Notes under the pieces: model-generated | What the model saw: only the letters and a program-made list of their open reading frames with translations | Told to the model about the DNA's origin: nothing | Databases searched by the model: none | Position numbers and translations under genes: made by a program | Assembly: GCF_000195955.2 (NCBI RefSeq) | Contig: NC_000962.3 | Location: forward strand, 4,260,001 to 4,292,000 | Direction: 5' to 3' | DNA: 32,000 bases | Origin: Mycobacterium tuberculosis H37Rv | Lineage (GTDB): Bacteria > Actinomycetota > Actinomycetes > Mycobacteriales > Mycobacteriaceae | Part shown: positions 22,449 to 32,000 of the stretch, one piece after another | Position numbering within the stretch: the first letter of the stretch is position 1 | Layout: the number at the start of each line of letters is the position of its first letter

Positions 22449-23999
22449 GTGCAGGTCACAAGCGTTGGTCACGCCGGCTTTCTGATCCAGACCCAGGCCG
22501 GCAGCATCCTGTGCGACCCTTGGGTCAATCCGGCCTACTTTGCGTCTTGGTTTCCGTTCCCCGACAACAGCGGGCTGGACTGGGGCGCTTTGGGTGAGTG
22601 CGATTATCTGTATGTCTCGCACCTACATAAGGACCACTTCGACGCGGAAAATCTACGAGCGCACGTCAACAAGGACGCCGTCGTGCTGCTGCCCGACTTT
22701 CCGGTACCCGACCTGCGAAATGAGTTGCAGAAGTTAGGATTTCATCGGTTCTTCGAAACCACCGACTCGGTCAAACACCGCCTGAGGGGACCCAACGGCG
22801 ATCTCGACGTGATGATCATCGCACTGCGGGCCCCCGCCGACGGTCCGATCGGCGACTCGGCGCTAGTCGTTGCCGACGGCGAAACAACGGCTTTCAACAT
22901 GAACGACGCCCGCCCGGTCGATTTGGACGTGCTGGCATCGGAGTTCGGTCACATCGACGTGCATATGCTGCAGTACTCGGGCGCGATCTGGTACCCGATG
23001 GTCTACGACATGCCGGCGCGCGCGAAGGATGCGTTCGGCGCCCAAAAGCGGCAACGGCAGATGGACCGTGCTCGCCAGTACATCGCGCAGGTGGGAGCGA
23101 CGTGGGTGGTGCCGTCGGCGGGGCCGCCATGCTTTTTAGCCCCCGAGCTGCGCCACCTCAACGACGACGGTAGCGATCCGGCCAATATCTTCCCCGACCA
23201 GATGGTGTTCCTGGATCAGATGCGGGCGCACGGCCAGGACGGCGGGCTGCTGATGATCCCCGGCTCGACTGCGGATTTCACTGGTACAACCCTGAATTCA
23301 TTGCGCCATCCACTGCCCGCCGAACAGGTCGAGGCCATCTTTACCACCGACAAAGCCGCATACATCGCTGACTATGCCGACCGGATGGCGCCGGTGCTCG
23401 CCGCGCAAAAGGCTGGCTGGGCCGCCGCCGCCGGCGAGCCACTGCTGCAGCCGCTGCGCACCCTGTTCGAGCCGATCATGCTGCAAAGCAACGAGATCTG
23501 CGACGGCATCGGATACCCGGTCGAGCTCGCCATCGGTCCCGAAACCATTGTTTTGGACTTTCCGAAAAGAGCTGTACGAGAACCGATTCCCGACGAGAGG
23601 TTCCGCTACGGGTTCGCGATCGCGCCGGAGCTGGTGCGCACGGTGCTGCGCGACAACGAACCCGACTGGGTCAACACCATCTTCTTATCCACCCGATTTC
23701 GGGCATGGCGGGTTGGTGGCTACAACGAATACCTTTACACGTTCTTCAAGTGTCTGACCGACGAACGCATCGCCTACGCCGACGGCTGGTTCGCCGAGGC
23801 CCACGATGACTCCTCATCGATCACCCTGAACGGTTGGGAGATCCAGCGCCGCTGCCCCCATCTCAAAGCCGACCTATCGAAATTCGGTGTGGTGGAAGGC
23901 AACACGCTCACTTGTAACCTGCACGGCTGGCAGTGGCGTCTGGACGACGGTCGCTGCCTCACCGCCCGGGGCCATCAACTACGCAGTTCACGGCCATGA
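22449..23999 (+). CDS. Fusion of metallo-beta-lactamase-fold hydrolase and C-terminal Rieske [2Fe-2S] domain (Rv3818)
   Basis: 516 aa from GTG at 22449 (the 852-aa track ORF is an upstream extension). MBL-like SVGHAGFLIQT...YLYVSHLHKDHFDAENL; Rieske RRCPHLKADLSKFGVVEGNTLTCNLHGWQWRL (CxH...CxxH). Confidence 0.9.
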   Translation: MQVTSVGHAGFLIQTQAGSILCDPWVNPAYFASWFPFPDNSGLDWGALGECDYLYVSHLHKDHFDAENLRAHVNKDAVVLLPDFPVPDLRNELQKLGFHRFFETTDSVKHRLRGPNGDLDVMIIALRAPADGPIGDSALVVADGETTAFNMNDARPVDLDVLASEFGHIDVHMLQYSGAIWYPMVYDMPARAKDAFGAQKRQRQMDRARQYIAQVGATWVVPSAGPPCFLAPELRHLNDDGSDPANIFPDQMVFLDQMRAHGQDGGLLMIPGSTADFTGTTLNSLRHPLPAEQVEAIFTTDKAAYIADYADRMAPVLAAQKAGWAAAAGEPLLQPLRTLFEPIMLQSNEICDGIGYPVELAIGPETIVLDFPKRAVREPIPDERFRYGFAIAPELVRTVLRDNEPDWVNTIFLSTRFRAWRVGGYNEYLYTFFKCLTDERIAYADGWFAEAHDDSSSITLNGWEIQRRCPHLKADLSKFGVVEGNTLTCNLHGWQWRLDDGRCLTARGHQLRSSRP

Positions 24000-24331
24000 T
24001 GCAGTTCTACGACGACGGCGTTGTACAGCTGGATCGTGCTGCACTCACGCTGCGCCGCTATCATTTTCCTTCGGGCACGGCCAAGGTCATCCCACTGGAC
24101 CAGATCCGCGGATATCAGGCTGAATCGCTGGGCTTTTTAATGGCCCGGTTCAATATCTGGGGCAGGCCAGACCTTCGCCGCTGGCTGCCACTGGACGTGT
24201 ACCGGCCGCTGAAGTCGACGTTGGTCACCCTCGACGTACCGGGGATGCGGCCGAAACCAGCCTGCACGCCCACGCGCCCCAAAGAATTCATCGCACTGCT
24301 GGACGAGTTGCTCGCCCTCCACCGAACGTGA
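23996..24331 (+). CDS. Conserved hypothetical protein (Rv3819)
   Basis: 111 aa from MMQFYDDGVVQLDRAALTLRRYHFPSGTAKVIPLDQI; start overlaps the stop of the preceding gene (atgatg). Confidence 0.82.
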   Translation: MMQFYDDGVVQLDRAALTLRRYHFPSGTAKVIPLDQIRGYQAESLGFLMARFNIWGRPDLRRWLPLDVYRPLKSTLVTLDVPGMRPKPACTPTRPKEFIALLDELLALHRT

Positions 24332-24418
24332 ACCCACGGTTTCGCGCGCGATTTTCGCACTGCCCTGGGGCACAGCCTCACTCCAGACTTAAGCCACAGC
24401 GACGATCCAAGCGACGTG

Positions 24419-25825
24419 TCATGTGCCTGGTTTAAGTGTCGCGAGCGTGCCGTCGGCGGTGCGGATATAGATGGATTTCATGGCCGCGATGTAATTGGCG
24501 ACGGATTCGCTTGCGATCGGGTTGTCCGGGAATAATACCGTCACTGTGGTCTGATGCTGATACCGATTGACCCACATCGAGACCTGATGAGAAACCCTAC
24601 CTTCGTCGTAAATCCTAAAATTCAGATCGGAATTAGCGACCGTAGAAAGAGGCGCAATGCTGGCATCCAGAAAGGACATCACGAAATTGCCCGGCCGGGG
24701 CGGCCTCAGCCCCGTTTCGGGGCGTGCCAGCTCCAATACGCGGTCGAATGGTACGGTCGCCAGGTCCTTACCCGAATCGAAGGAGATCTGCGCGACACGG
24801 GCGGCGCTATCGAAAAGTCCTGAGGCGACCGGCACGGTGATCGGCACCAACCCGGTAAACCAGCCCGTCGTTCTGAGTTCTGTCGGCGTCCTACGTGTAT
24901 CAGTCGTCGTTACCACGTCAAACGTTTCACAGTTGGTCAACTCGCGCTCAGCGAGGGCGGCGCAGGCGAAAACGCCACCGCTAAAACGGGCGCCCGCAGC
25001 GACGCAGGCGGCTTCGAATCGCTCGCCCTGTTGCTCGTCCATCAGCGTTTCGGTAAGCAGCTTTCCGGTATGGGGCACCGATAGATCGCCGAGCGGCAAC
25101 GGGAAGTGCGGCAGGGTTCCGTCGTTGTTGGCAGCGAATTCGACCCAACGGCGCACCCGGGCGGAGTCCAACGTCAAGGCGGCCGTGTCGGCGTACTGTC
25201 GGACACAGTGGTCGTCGTAGCGGCCCGCCGGCGGGAGCTCGATCGGCGGGTCGCCTCCCACCAATGCGGAGTACATCATATGGATCTCGATGAAAAGGAC
25301 GCCCACAATCATCGGATCGACACAGAGATGAGCGATACTCGCATAGAAGGTGAAGTGATCGTCACTCTGAATAATCCCGAACAAGAAGCAGTCCCACTGC
25401 AACGGCTGCGGCGTTGCAATGTGGTGGCGCAGCTCCGCCGACGTCATGTTCTGATGCTCAGCTTGGACGACTTCGATATCTGCAGGGTCAGCGATGGTAT
25501 GCCGAACGATGTGTTCGGCATTGTCGAACTCAAACCAACTGTGGTAGGTGTCGTGGCGGCGAAGGTGTGCGTTGATCGCATAATTCATGGCGCGGATGTT
25601 GCACCGGCCAGGTAGATCCCAGGTGAAGATCATCAGGCGCGACATATCGAGACCGCGCGCTACATGATCGCGATAACGTCGAAGGTGTTGAGCTTGTTGA
25701 TAGCTGGGCGGCACCTCACTTATCGGCGCTTGCCGGGCTTTCGCCTTCGCCGTCGGTGATGCGTGCCAACAGATAATCGAACCTGGGTCCGGCGTCCAGT
25801 CGCGGAGCGTTGTAATGCTAAACAC
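24419..25825 (-). CDS. papA2: Polyketide/trehalose-sulfate acyltransferase PapA2
   Basis: 468 aa; condensation-type HxxxD motif ASIAHLCVDPMIVG; paralogous to the PapA1 C-terminus at the window end; sulfolipid locus. Confidence 0.95.
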   Translation of the reverse strand: MFSITTLRDWTPDPGSIICWHASPTAKAKARQAPISEVPPSYQQAQHLRRYRDHVARGLDMSRLMIFTWDLPGRCNIRAMNYAINAHLRRHDTYHSWFEFDNAEHIVRHTIADPADIEVVQAEHQNMTSAELRHHIATPQPLQWDCFLFGIIQSDDHFTFYASIAHLCVDPMIVGVLFIEIHMMYSALVGGDPPIELPPAGRYDDHCVRQYADTAALTLDSARVRRWVEFAANNDGTLPHFPLPLGDLSVPHTGKLLTETLMDEQQGERFEAACVAAGARFSGGVFACAALAERELTNCETFDVVTTTDTRRTPTELRTTGWFTGLVPITVPVASGLFDSAARVAQISFDSGKDLATVPFDRVLELARPETGLRPPRPGNFVMSFLDASIAPLSTVANSDLNFRIYDEGRVSHQVSMWVNRYQHQTTVTVLFPDNPIASESVANYIAAMKSIYIRTADGTLATLKPGT

Positions 25826-25972
25826 TCATTCCTCCTGCACTCGGACCGAGCCCCGCCAGGGCACGCAAGTAAGCTACGGCCAGACGGTGTGACACTCAAA
25901 CCGGCGGGCGTAATTTCCTCCGACGACGCTCCGCAGACCACAATCGTCAGCGGCGGAGTACGGTTGCTCACC

Positions 25973-26686
25973 ATGTGGTCCACCGTGCTGGTCTTGGCGC
26001 TCTCGGTGATCTGCGAGCCGGTACGGATCGGTTTGGTGGTCCTCATGCTCAACAGGCGCCGCCCGCTGCTCCATTTGCTCACATTCTTGTGCGGTGGTTA
26101 CACGATGGCTGGTGGCGTGGCCATGGTGACGCTTGTGGTCCTCGGGGCCACTCCGTTGGCCGGACATTTCAGTGTGGCCGAGGTACAGATCGGGACCGGG
26201 CTGATTGCCTTGCTTATCGCGTTTGCGCTGACCACAAATGTCATAGGCAAGCATGTCCGGCGAGCTACCCACGCCCGCGTCGGAGACGACGGTGGCAGGG
26301 TCCTACGGGAGTCGGTACCGCCAAGTGGTGCGCATAAGCTGGCTGTGCGTGCACGTTGTTTTCTGCAGGGCGATTCGCTGTATGTCGCCGGGGTGAGTGG
26401 CCTAGGAGCCGCACTGCCTTCGGCCAACTACATGGGCGCGATGGCCGCCATTCTTGCCTCCGGCGCTACGCCGGCAACACAGGCACTGGCTGTCGTTACG
26501 TTCAACGTGGTGGCATTCACAGTGGCCGAAGTCCCCCTCGTCAGCTACCTGGCAGCACCGCGTAAGACCCGCGCGTTCATGGCTGCGCTGCAATCATGGC
26601 TGCGGTCCCGTAGCCGCCGCGACGCCGCGTTGCTGGTGGCCGCCGGAGGTTGCCTGATGCTCACGCTAGGCCTGAGCAACCTGTAG
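25973..26686 (+). CDS. sap: Sulfolipid-1-addressing protein, GAP/Sap-like integral membrane protein
   Basis: 237 aa from MWSTVLVLALSVICEPVRIGLVVLMLNRRRPLLHL; multi-TM; sits between papA2 and chp1. The track ORF extends 70 codons upstream into the divergent intergenic region. Confidence 0.9.
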   Translation: MWSTVLVLALSVICEPVRIGLVVLMLNRRRPLLHLLTFLCGGYTMAGGVAMVTLVVLGATPLAGHFSVAEVQIGTGLIALLIAFALTTNVIGKHVRRATHARVGDDGGRVLRESVPPSGAHKLAVRARCFLQGDSLYVAGVSGLGAALPSANYMGAMAAILASGATPATQALAVVTFNVVAFTVAEVPLVSYLAAPRKTRAFMAALQSWLRSRSRRDAALLVAAGGCLMLTLGLSNL

Positions 26687-26720
26687 GCGGCGGCGGGCTT
26701 GCCTAACGCAGAGCTCTCAC

Positions 26721-27935
26721 ATGAAATGTCCAGGCGTCTCCGACTGCGTTGCGACCGTAAGGCACGATAACGTGTTTGCTATTGCTGCTGGTTTGCGTTG
26801 GTCGGCCGCTGTACCGCCGCTACACAAAGGGGACGCTGTGACCAAACTGCTCGTCGGGGCCATCGCGGGCGGAATGCTAGCTTGCGCAGCTATATTGGGC
26901 GACGGAATCGCTTCGGCCGATACTGCGTTGATAGTACCCGGTACCGCACCGTCCCCGTACGGGCCACTCAGGTCGCTCTATCATTTCAATCCCGCGATGC
27001 AGCCTCAGATCGGCGCGAATTACTACAACCCCACCGCTACCCGCCACGTCGTTTCATATCCAGGCAGCTTTTGGCCTGTCACAGGCTTGAATTCGCCCAC
27101 CGTCGGCAGTTCTGTCAGTGCCGGGACGAACAATCTCGATGCGGCGATCCGCAGCACTGACGGACCAATCTTCGTGGCCGGGTTATCACAGGGCACGCTC
27201 GTGCTTGACCGCGAGCAGGCACGGTTAGCGAATGACCCGACGGCTCCTCCCCCTGGGCAACTCACATTCATCAAGGCCGGCGACCCTAACAATCTTCTTT
27301 GGCGGGCGTTTAGGCCGGGAACCCACGTGCCGATCATCGACTACACCGTTCCGGCCCCAGCGGAAAGCCAGTACGACACAATCAATATCGTGGGCCAGTA
27401 CGACATTTTTTCTGACCCGCCTAATCGTCCGGGCAACCTACTCGCTGACCTCAATGCGATTGCCGCGGGCGGATACTACGGCCACAGCGCCACCGCATTC
27501 TCGGACCCAGCTCGCGTTGCGCCTAGGGACATTACGACGACAACGAACAGTTTGGGTGCGACGACCACGACCTACTTCATCCGGACCGATCAGCTACCTC
27601 TGGTGCGGGCGCTGGTGGACATGGCGGGCCTGCCCCCGCAGGCGGCGGGAACAGTTGATGCCGCACTGCGGCCCATAATTGACAGGGCTTATCAGCCCGG
27701 ACCAGCACCCGCTGTGAACCCGCGTGATTTGGTCCAGGGCATCCGCGGTATCCCCGCCATCGCCCCTGCCATCGCCATCCCTATCGGCAGCACCACCGGG
27801 GCCAGTGCCGCCACCAGCACCGCTGCCGCCACGGCAGCAGCAACAAATGCGCTCCGCGGGGCCAACGTGGGCCCGGGCGCCAACAAGGCGTTGTCGATGG
27901 TCCGGGGTTTGCTACCCAAAGGGAAGAAGCACTAG
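26721..27935 (+). CDS. chp1: Sulfolipid acyltransferase Chp1, PE-PPE/cutinase-like serine hydrolase fold
   Basis: 404 aa; IFVAGLSQGTLVLDREQ (GxSxG), PGTHVPIIDYTVPAPAESQYDTINIVGQYDIFSDPPNRP; N-terminal hydrophobic segment. First codon position is less certain (upstream segment in frame). Confidence 0.9.
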   Translation: MKCPGVSDCVATVRHDNVFAIAAGLRWSAAVPPLHKGDAVTKLLVGAIAGGMLACAAILGDGIASADTALIVPGTAPSPYGPLRSLYHFNPAMQPQIGANYYNPTATRHVVSYPGSFWPVTGLNSPTVGSSVSAGTNNLDAAIRSTDGPIFVAGLSQGTLVLDREQARLANDPTAPPPGQLTFIKAGDPNNLLWRAFRPGTHVPIIDYTVPAPAESQYDTINIVGQYDIFSDPPNRPGNLLADLNAIAAGGYYGHSATAFSDPARVAPRDITTTTNSLGATTTTYFIRTDQLPLVRALVDMAGLPPQAAGTVDAALRPIIDRAYQPGPAPAVNPRDLVQGIRGIPAIAPAIAIPIGSTTGASAATSTAAATAAATNALRGANVGPGANKALSMVRGLLPKGKKH

Positions 27936-27962
27936 CCATAAAGTCCACGACCTACGGTGGCG

Positions 27963-28254
27963 TTTCGCAGTTGGGGGTGTAAAGGGGGTTGAGGTCTTCG
28001 ACGATGGCGGTTGCTGCTGGCCCACCAATCCGTTGCTGCTGACGCCAATCCATCGGGAAGGCCCTGGGTGGCGTCTTGGTGCGCCCGGAGGGGCAGCCCG
28101 TTGGCGCCCGTCGTCGAGCGTGAACTGAGGGCGGACCTCGGGCAGACACGCCGAGGTCTTCCTTTTGGGCAGCGTGGAACCGCCCATCATCGAAAGACCT
28201 CGACCCCTACCCCGGCAACGACGCGCCGACTACCTCACACCCTCAACTGCGAAG
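27963..28254. repeat. Diverged inverted-repeat-bounded element (possible MITE/IS end remnant) between chp1 and mmpL8
   Basis: Left arm 27963-28012 (tttcgcagttgggggtgtaaag..ggggttgaggtcttcgacgatggcggtt) versus reverse complement of 28178-28254 (ttcgcagttgagggtgtgag..ggggtcgaggtctttcgatgatgggcggtt), with a ~25-nt gap. Confidence 0.6.
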
Positions 28255-28259
28255 AGATC

Positions 28260-31200
28260 CTAAAGCCTGAGCCCGTCGTGTAACCAAAGACCGATCAGAT
28301 CGTCGTCGTCGGGCGGTGATTGCTCTTCTTCTTCCTTGGGCAACAACGGCTTACGTTTGGTTCGTTGGGCACGGCCACGGCGTCGGCCAAGGGGCCACCA
28401 GGTTGCCGGCCGCCAGCTTGACGGCAACCACCAGTTCGCCTGCCCAACCAACACGGCAATGGCGGGCACGGTAACGGTACGCACCAAGAAGGTATCCAGC
28501 AAAAGCCCGGTCCCTAGGACGAACGCACCTTGAACCACGCTACCCAAGCTGGCGAATACCAGACCGTACATCGAGGCAGCCATGATCAAACCCGCCGCAG
28601 TGATCACACCACCTGTTGAGGCCACGGTCCGGATGACACCGGAACGCACCCCCAAGACGGCCTCTTCACGCAGCCTAGAAATAAGCAGCATATTGTAATC
28701 TGCGCCCACCGCGACCAATATAACGAAGGTCAATCCCGGAATGCTCCAATGCATTTCCTGACCGAGTAAAAATTGGAACACGATAACGCCAATACCGAGC
28801 GCCGCCAGGTACGATACGATAACCGAGCCGATCAGATACAGCGGTGCCACAATCGCACGCAGCAAAACGATCAATATGAGCAGAACGATGCAGACGGTCA
28901 TGGCGATGATCAATCGGAGGTCGTGATCGGAGTAGTCGCGCGTGTCCTTGAGAACGACGGGCAATCCGACGACAGACACCTTGGCATCGGCCAGTGCGGT
29001 ATTTGGTTGCGCCCCTCGAGCGGCCGCCGTGATCGCGTCAATTTGGTCCATGGCAGCAGTGCTGAATGGATTCAGGTCGGTTTGTATCAAATACCGTATT
29101 GAGTGGCCGTCGGGTGAAATGAAGGCCGCCGCGACTTTTTTGAGTTGGTCTACATTCAGCCCGCCTAGCAGATCCCGATACTCTGACGGCATCGTCTCGG
29201 CTTTGACGCTCTCACCGGTGGCATACGACAACAACTCCGGGGGAATATAGAACCCCGCCATCGCCGGCGTGGTCGCGGTGTCCTTCATTGCCAATAGGAA
29301 CGCCGAGGCCTCGCCCAACCCGAAACCCATCTTCTTCACCTGGTCGACCAACAACTGCACGCCCTCAGCCAGTTGCCGGCTCCCGTCGGCGAGATCATTG
29401 ACCCCCTTGTTCACCAGGTTGATCTTGGATCGCACACCACCAGGACTGCTCATCCCCAGTGAACCCATCGCCCTGATGACGGTGGCCAGCGCCCCGCGTA
29501 ATCCGGACACGGTGGCTGCCAGGGTCTGCACTGCGCGCGTGGCCTGCAGCTGTCGAGCCAACTCAGATATCTTTGCCAGCGTTCCGTCGTCGCGCGCTGT
29601 GACCAAACGCTGCAGTTCGGTGCGCGCACTGGCACAAGCCGGATCGGCAGTGCACATCGGGCTGCTATCCAGCGCCCCCAGCACCGGGCTTGCCCACTCG
29701 GTGTTGTTCGCTACAAAGCTCGCATCCGCGTCAATGGTGTCACCGAGTGCCCGCATGCTGCCGATCAGCTTCTCCGCGCCTTCCAGTTCGCCGAGAACCC
29801 TGTTGCCCCCGAGCAGGTCCTGAAGGTACGCCAGCGCGTCGATGAGGCCGCCGACCGTGGATATGGCCCGGTTAACTTGGGCCCGTACGTCGCCGAGTTT
29901 GCTCGCCATCAGGTTGGCTCCACCGGCCAGTTTGTCGATGTCGCCGGTGTGCACAGCGATCTGCTTGGAACCCTCATCCAGCTTGCTGCCGACTTCGCCA
30001 GCCTGCCAGGACGTCCGGGCCTGCTCCAGCGACCGTCCAGCGGGTCGGGTAATGCCCCTGACCATCGCGACACCCGGCACTTGGCTCACCCGCTGCACCA
30101 TCTGCTCTAGGTCGGCGAGAGCCTTCGGCGTGCGCAGATCCGTCGAGGATTGGATGAACAGGTACTCGGGAATGATCAGGTTAGACGGGAAATGCTTGTC
30201 CAACGCGGCATACCCGATCGAACTCTCGACGGAAGCCGGAAGCGTCTTGCGATCGTCGTAGTTGTACCGGGCCAGTCCTGCGCAGCCGGCCAGAATAACC
30301 AGCACCAGCGCGCTGGCGAGCAGATGAGTCTTGGGCCGACGCACGATGTGCACCCCCGAACTCCGCCAAAAGCGCCGGGTGAGGTCACGGCGCGGCGCGA
30401 TCCAACCGCGACGCCCGGTCAGCACCATCAGGGCGGGTAGCAGTGTGACAGCTGCGAAGAAGACCACGGCTACCGAGATTCCCAACATCGGACCAACCGT
30501 TTTGAGAATTCCCAGTTGGGTAAACACCATCCCGAGAAAGGTGATTGCTACGGTAGCCGCGGAGGCGGCGATCACCTTACCGATGGATGTCAATGCCTTC
30601 TTGACGGCTTGATCCGAATCCGCGCCCTGCCGTAAATAGTCGTGATATCGACTAATCAGAAATACCGCGTAATCCGTTCCCGCACCGACCATCATCCCGC
30701 TCATAAAAATAATGCTCTGGTTAGCAATACCGAGGCCCGCCAAGCCGGCTATTGCAACGAGGCGCTGTGCAACCACCACGGACATGCCAATTGTTATCAA
30801 TGGCAACACCATGGTGATCGGATTCCCGTAGATGATCAGCAAAATGACCAACAACAGGATCGTGATCGCAAACTCGATGCGACTGCGGTCCCGTTGCCCG
30901 GTGAGGTTCAGATCGGCGACGGTGGCCGCGGGCCCGGTCAGGTTAGCCGTCAGTGTCGAGCCTGCGACCTGGTGTTCGACGATGTCAGCGACGCGGGCGT
31001 ACGCCTGCTTGGACTGGGTCGAACCCAGGTCGCCGGGAAGGCCGACCGGCAGGATCCAGGCCTGATTGTCTTTGCTGGTCATGAGCTCCCGCAGGGGCGG
31101 TGTGGTGACGAAGTCCTGGAGCATCACGACGTCTCGAGTATCGCGTCGCAGGGCGTCAACCAGCTCTTTGTAGCTGCGTTCATCGGCCGCGCCGAGCCCT

Positions 31201-31529
31201 TTGGCATCGCTGAGCACCACCACCGCAACGCTCTGCAACCCGGCTTCACGAAATGCCGCGGTCATCTGCCGGGTCGAGACCAACACCGGGGCGTCCGATG
31301 GCAGAATCGCCACTGGATGCCGCTGGGAGATCGCGTCCAGGGACGGCACCGTCGGCGCAAGCAGACCCGCAAGCGCGACCCAGAAGGCGATCACCACCCA
31401 CGGCCTTCGGACGATAAGGCGCCCTAGCCGCGGAAAGACACCCCCGTCACCGGTTGGCCTAAGCGGTTTCGATCGTAAGTTCGTCGAGGGTCTCGGTGTT
31501 CTGACAGGCTGCATCAAGACGTCGCACAT
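28260..31529 (-). CDS. mmpL8: RND-superfamily lipid transporter MmpL8 (sulfolipid-1 precursor export)
   Basis: 1089 aa; MmpL family architecture, [25 protein letters not shown] and [16 protein letters not shown]; flanked by papA1, chp1 and papA2. Confidence 0.97.
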   Translation of the reverse strand: MCDVLMQPVRTPRPSTNLRSKPLRPTGDGGVFPRLGRLIVRRPWVVIAFWVALAGLLAPTVPSLDAISQRHPVAILPSDAPVLVSTRQMTAAFREAGLQSVAVVVLSDAKGLGAADERSYKELVDALRRDTRDVVMLQDFVTTPPLRELMTSKDNQAWILPVGLPGDLGSTQSKQAYARVADIVEHQVAGSTLTANLTGPAATVADLNLTGQRDRSRIEFAITILLLVILLIIYGNPITMVLPLITIGMSVVVAQRLVAIAGLAGLGIANQSIIFMSGMMVGAGTDYAVFLISRYHDYLRQGADSDQAVKKALTSIGKVIAASAATVAITFLGMVFTQLGILKTVGPMLGISVAVVFFAAVTLLPALMVLTGRRGWIAPRRDLTRRFWRSSGVHIVRRPKTHLLASALVLVILAGCAGLARYNYDDRKTLPASVESSIGYAALDKHFPSNLIIPEYLFIQSSTDLRTPKALADLEQMVQRVSQVPGVAMVRGITRPAGRSLEQARTSWQAGEVGSKLDEGSKQIAVHTGDIDKLAGGANLMASKLGDVRAQVNRAISTVGGLIDALAYLQDLLGGNRVLGELEGAEKLIGSMRALGDTIDADASFVANNTEWASPVLGALDSSPMCTADPACASARTELQRLVTARDDGTLAKISELARQLQATRAVQTLAATVSGLRGALATVIRAMGSLGMSSPGGVRSKINLVNKGVNDLADGSRQLAEGVQLLVDQVKKMGFGLGEASAFLLAMKDTATTPAMAGFYIPPELLSYATGESVKAETMPSEYRDLLGGLNVDQLKKVAAAFISPDGHSIRYLIQTDLNPFSTAAMDQIDAITAAARGAQPNTALADAKVSVVGLPVVLKDTRDYSDHDLRLIIAMTVCIVLLILIVLLRAIVAPLYLIGSVIVSYLAALGIGVIVFQFLLGQEMHWSIPGLTFVILVAVGADYNMLLISRLREEAVLGVRSGVIRTVASTGGVITAAGLIMAASMYGLVFASLGSVVQGAFVLGTGLLLDTFLVRTVTVPAIAVLVGQANWWLPSSWRPATWWPLGRRRGRAQRTKRKPLLPKEEEEQSPPDDDDLIGLWLHDGLRL

Positions 31530-31638
31530 TCCTCATCTGCTCCGCACGTGCCCGCCTTGAGCGCCAGCCGTGGTGGTCGCTGTGAGGCGAGTGAGACAGC
31601 AGGGGATCGGTCACCTGACGAATTTACGTGCGCAACCA

Positions 31639-32000
31639 CTAAGCTTCTCTATCTACCGTCACATTCGCAACCTTTAGATTGCAGATATCGATAAAATCAC
31701 CCGCGCGACAAGACCGCCATGTCATCCTTTCGATGTTATTTCGCCGGCCTGGGGAAAGCGCAACGACGTTGCCTACACGTTCCGCCGTCCCACCGTTGGC
31801 AATGCGCATACACACCGATCTAATTGCCCTCAGATATGCGGTAACGGATTCGCGAGCGACCGGATTATCTGGGAATAGCACGCTCGCCGCGGTCTCGTCG
31901 AAACGACCGACCATCGTACTTAGCGGATAGGTGACCCTCCCGTCGCTGTAGGTACCAACGTTGAGGCCCTCGAACAGTTTCGTCACCGCCGAGAGCGGTC
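31639..32000 (-). CDS. papA1: Acyltransferase PapA1, C-terminal part; truncated by window edge
   Basis: Open minus frame through the edge: ...[69 protein letters not shown]; parallels the PapA2 C-terminus VTVLFPDNPIASESVANYIAAMKSIYIRTADG. Confidence 0.92.

Noticed and set aside
21647-24331. Kinase plus MBL-Rieske plus small ORF as a possible defence system
   Set aside because: No nuclease, NTPase, reverse transcriptase or other defence-type effector nearby. The position within a conserved mycobacterial envelope region argues for metabolic roles.
24380-24445. Weak inverted similarity ccagacttaagcc / ggtttaagtgtcg near the convergent Rv3819-papA2 ends
   Set aside because: Only about 10 of 13 positions match, with a long loop and the second arm inside papA2; insufficient as a terminator call.

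Overview
The window reads as a Mycobacterium tuberculosis-complex chromosomal segment. It matches, from memory, the gene order Rv3800c (pks13) to Rv3824c (papA1); I ran no database search. Three parts are visible. (1) The cell-envelope core cluster on the minus strand: pks13 (partial), fadD32, Rv3802c cutinase-like, fbpD/MPT51, fbpA/Ag85A, aftB, ubiA, a PAP2 phosphatase-like gene, glfT2 and glf. (2) A middle block: erp/pirG, a secreted PGRP amidase with LGFP repeats, PE_PGRS62, a HAD phosphatase, three tandem PlsC-like acyltransferases, an APH-like kinase, an MBL-Rieske fusion protein and a small conserved ORF. (3) The sulfolipid-1 locus: papA2, sap, chp1, mmpL8 and papA1 (partial). I see no CRISPR array, rRNA, tRNA, prophage or intact IS. 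I found no convincing new multi-gene system. The less-described signals are: a frameshifted, N-terminally truncated VapC/PIN-like remnant opposite the 3' end of PE_PGRS62; a ~290 bp diverged inverted-repeat element abutting the mmpL8 stop codon; a strong strand-biased hairpin downstream of fbpA; and a pair of 18-mers spaced 22 bp apart upstream of PE_PGRS62.
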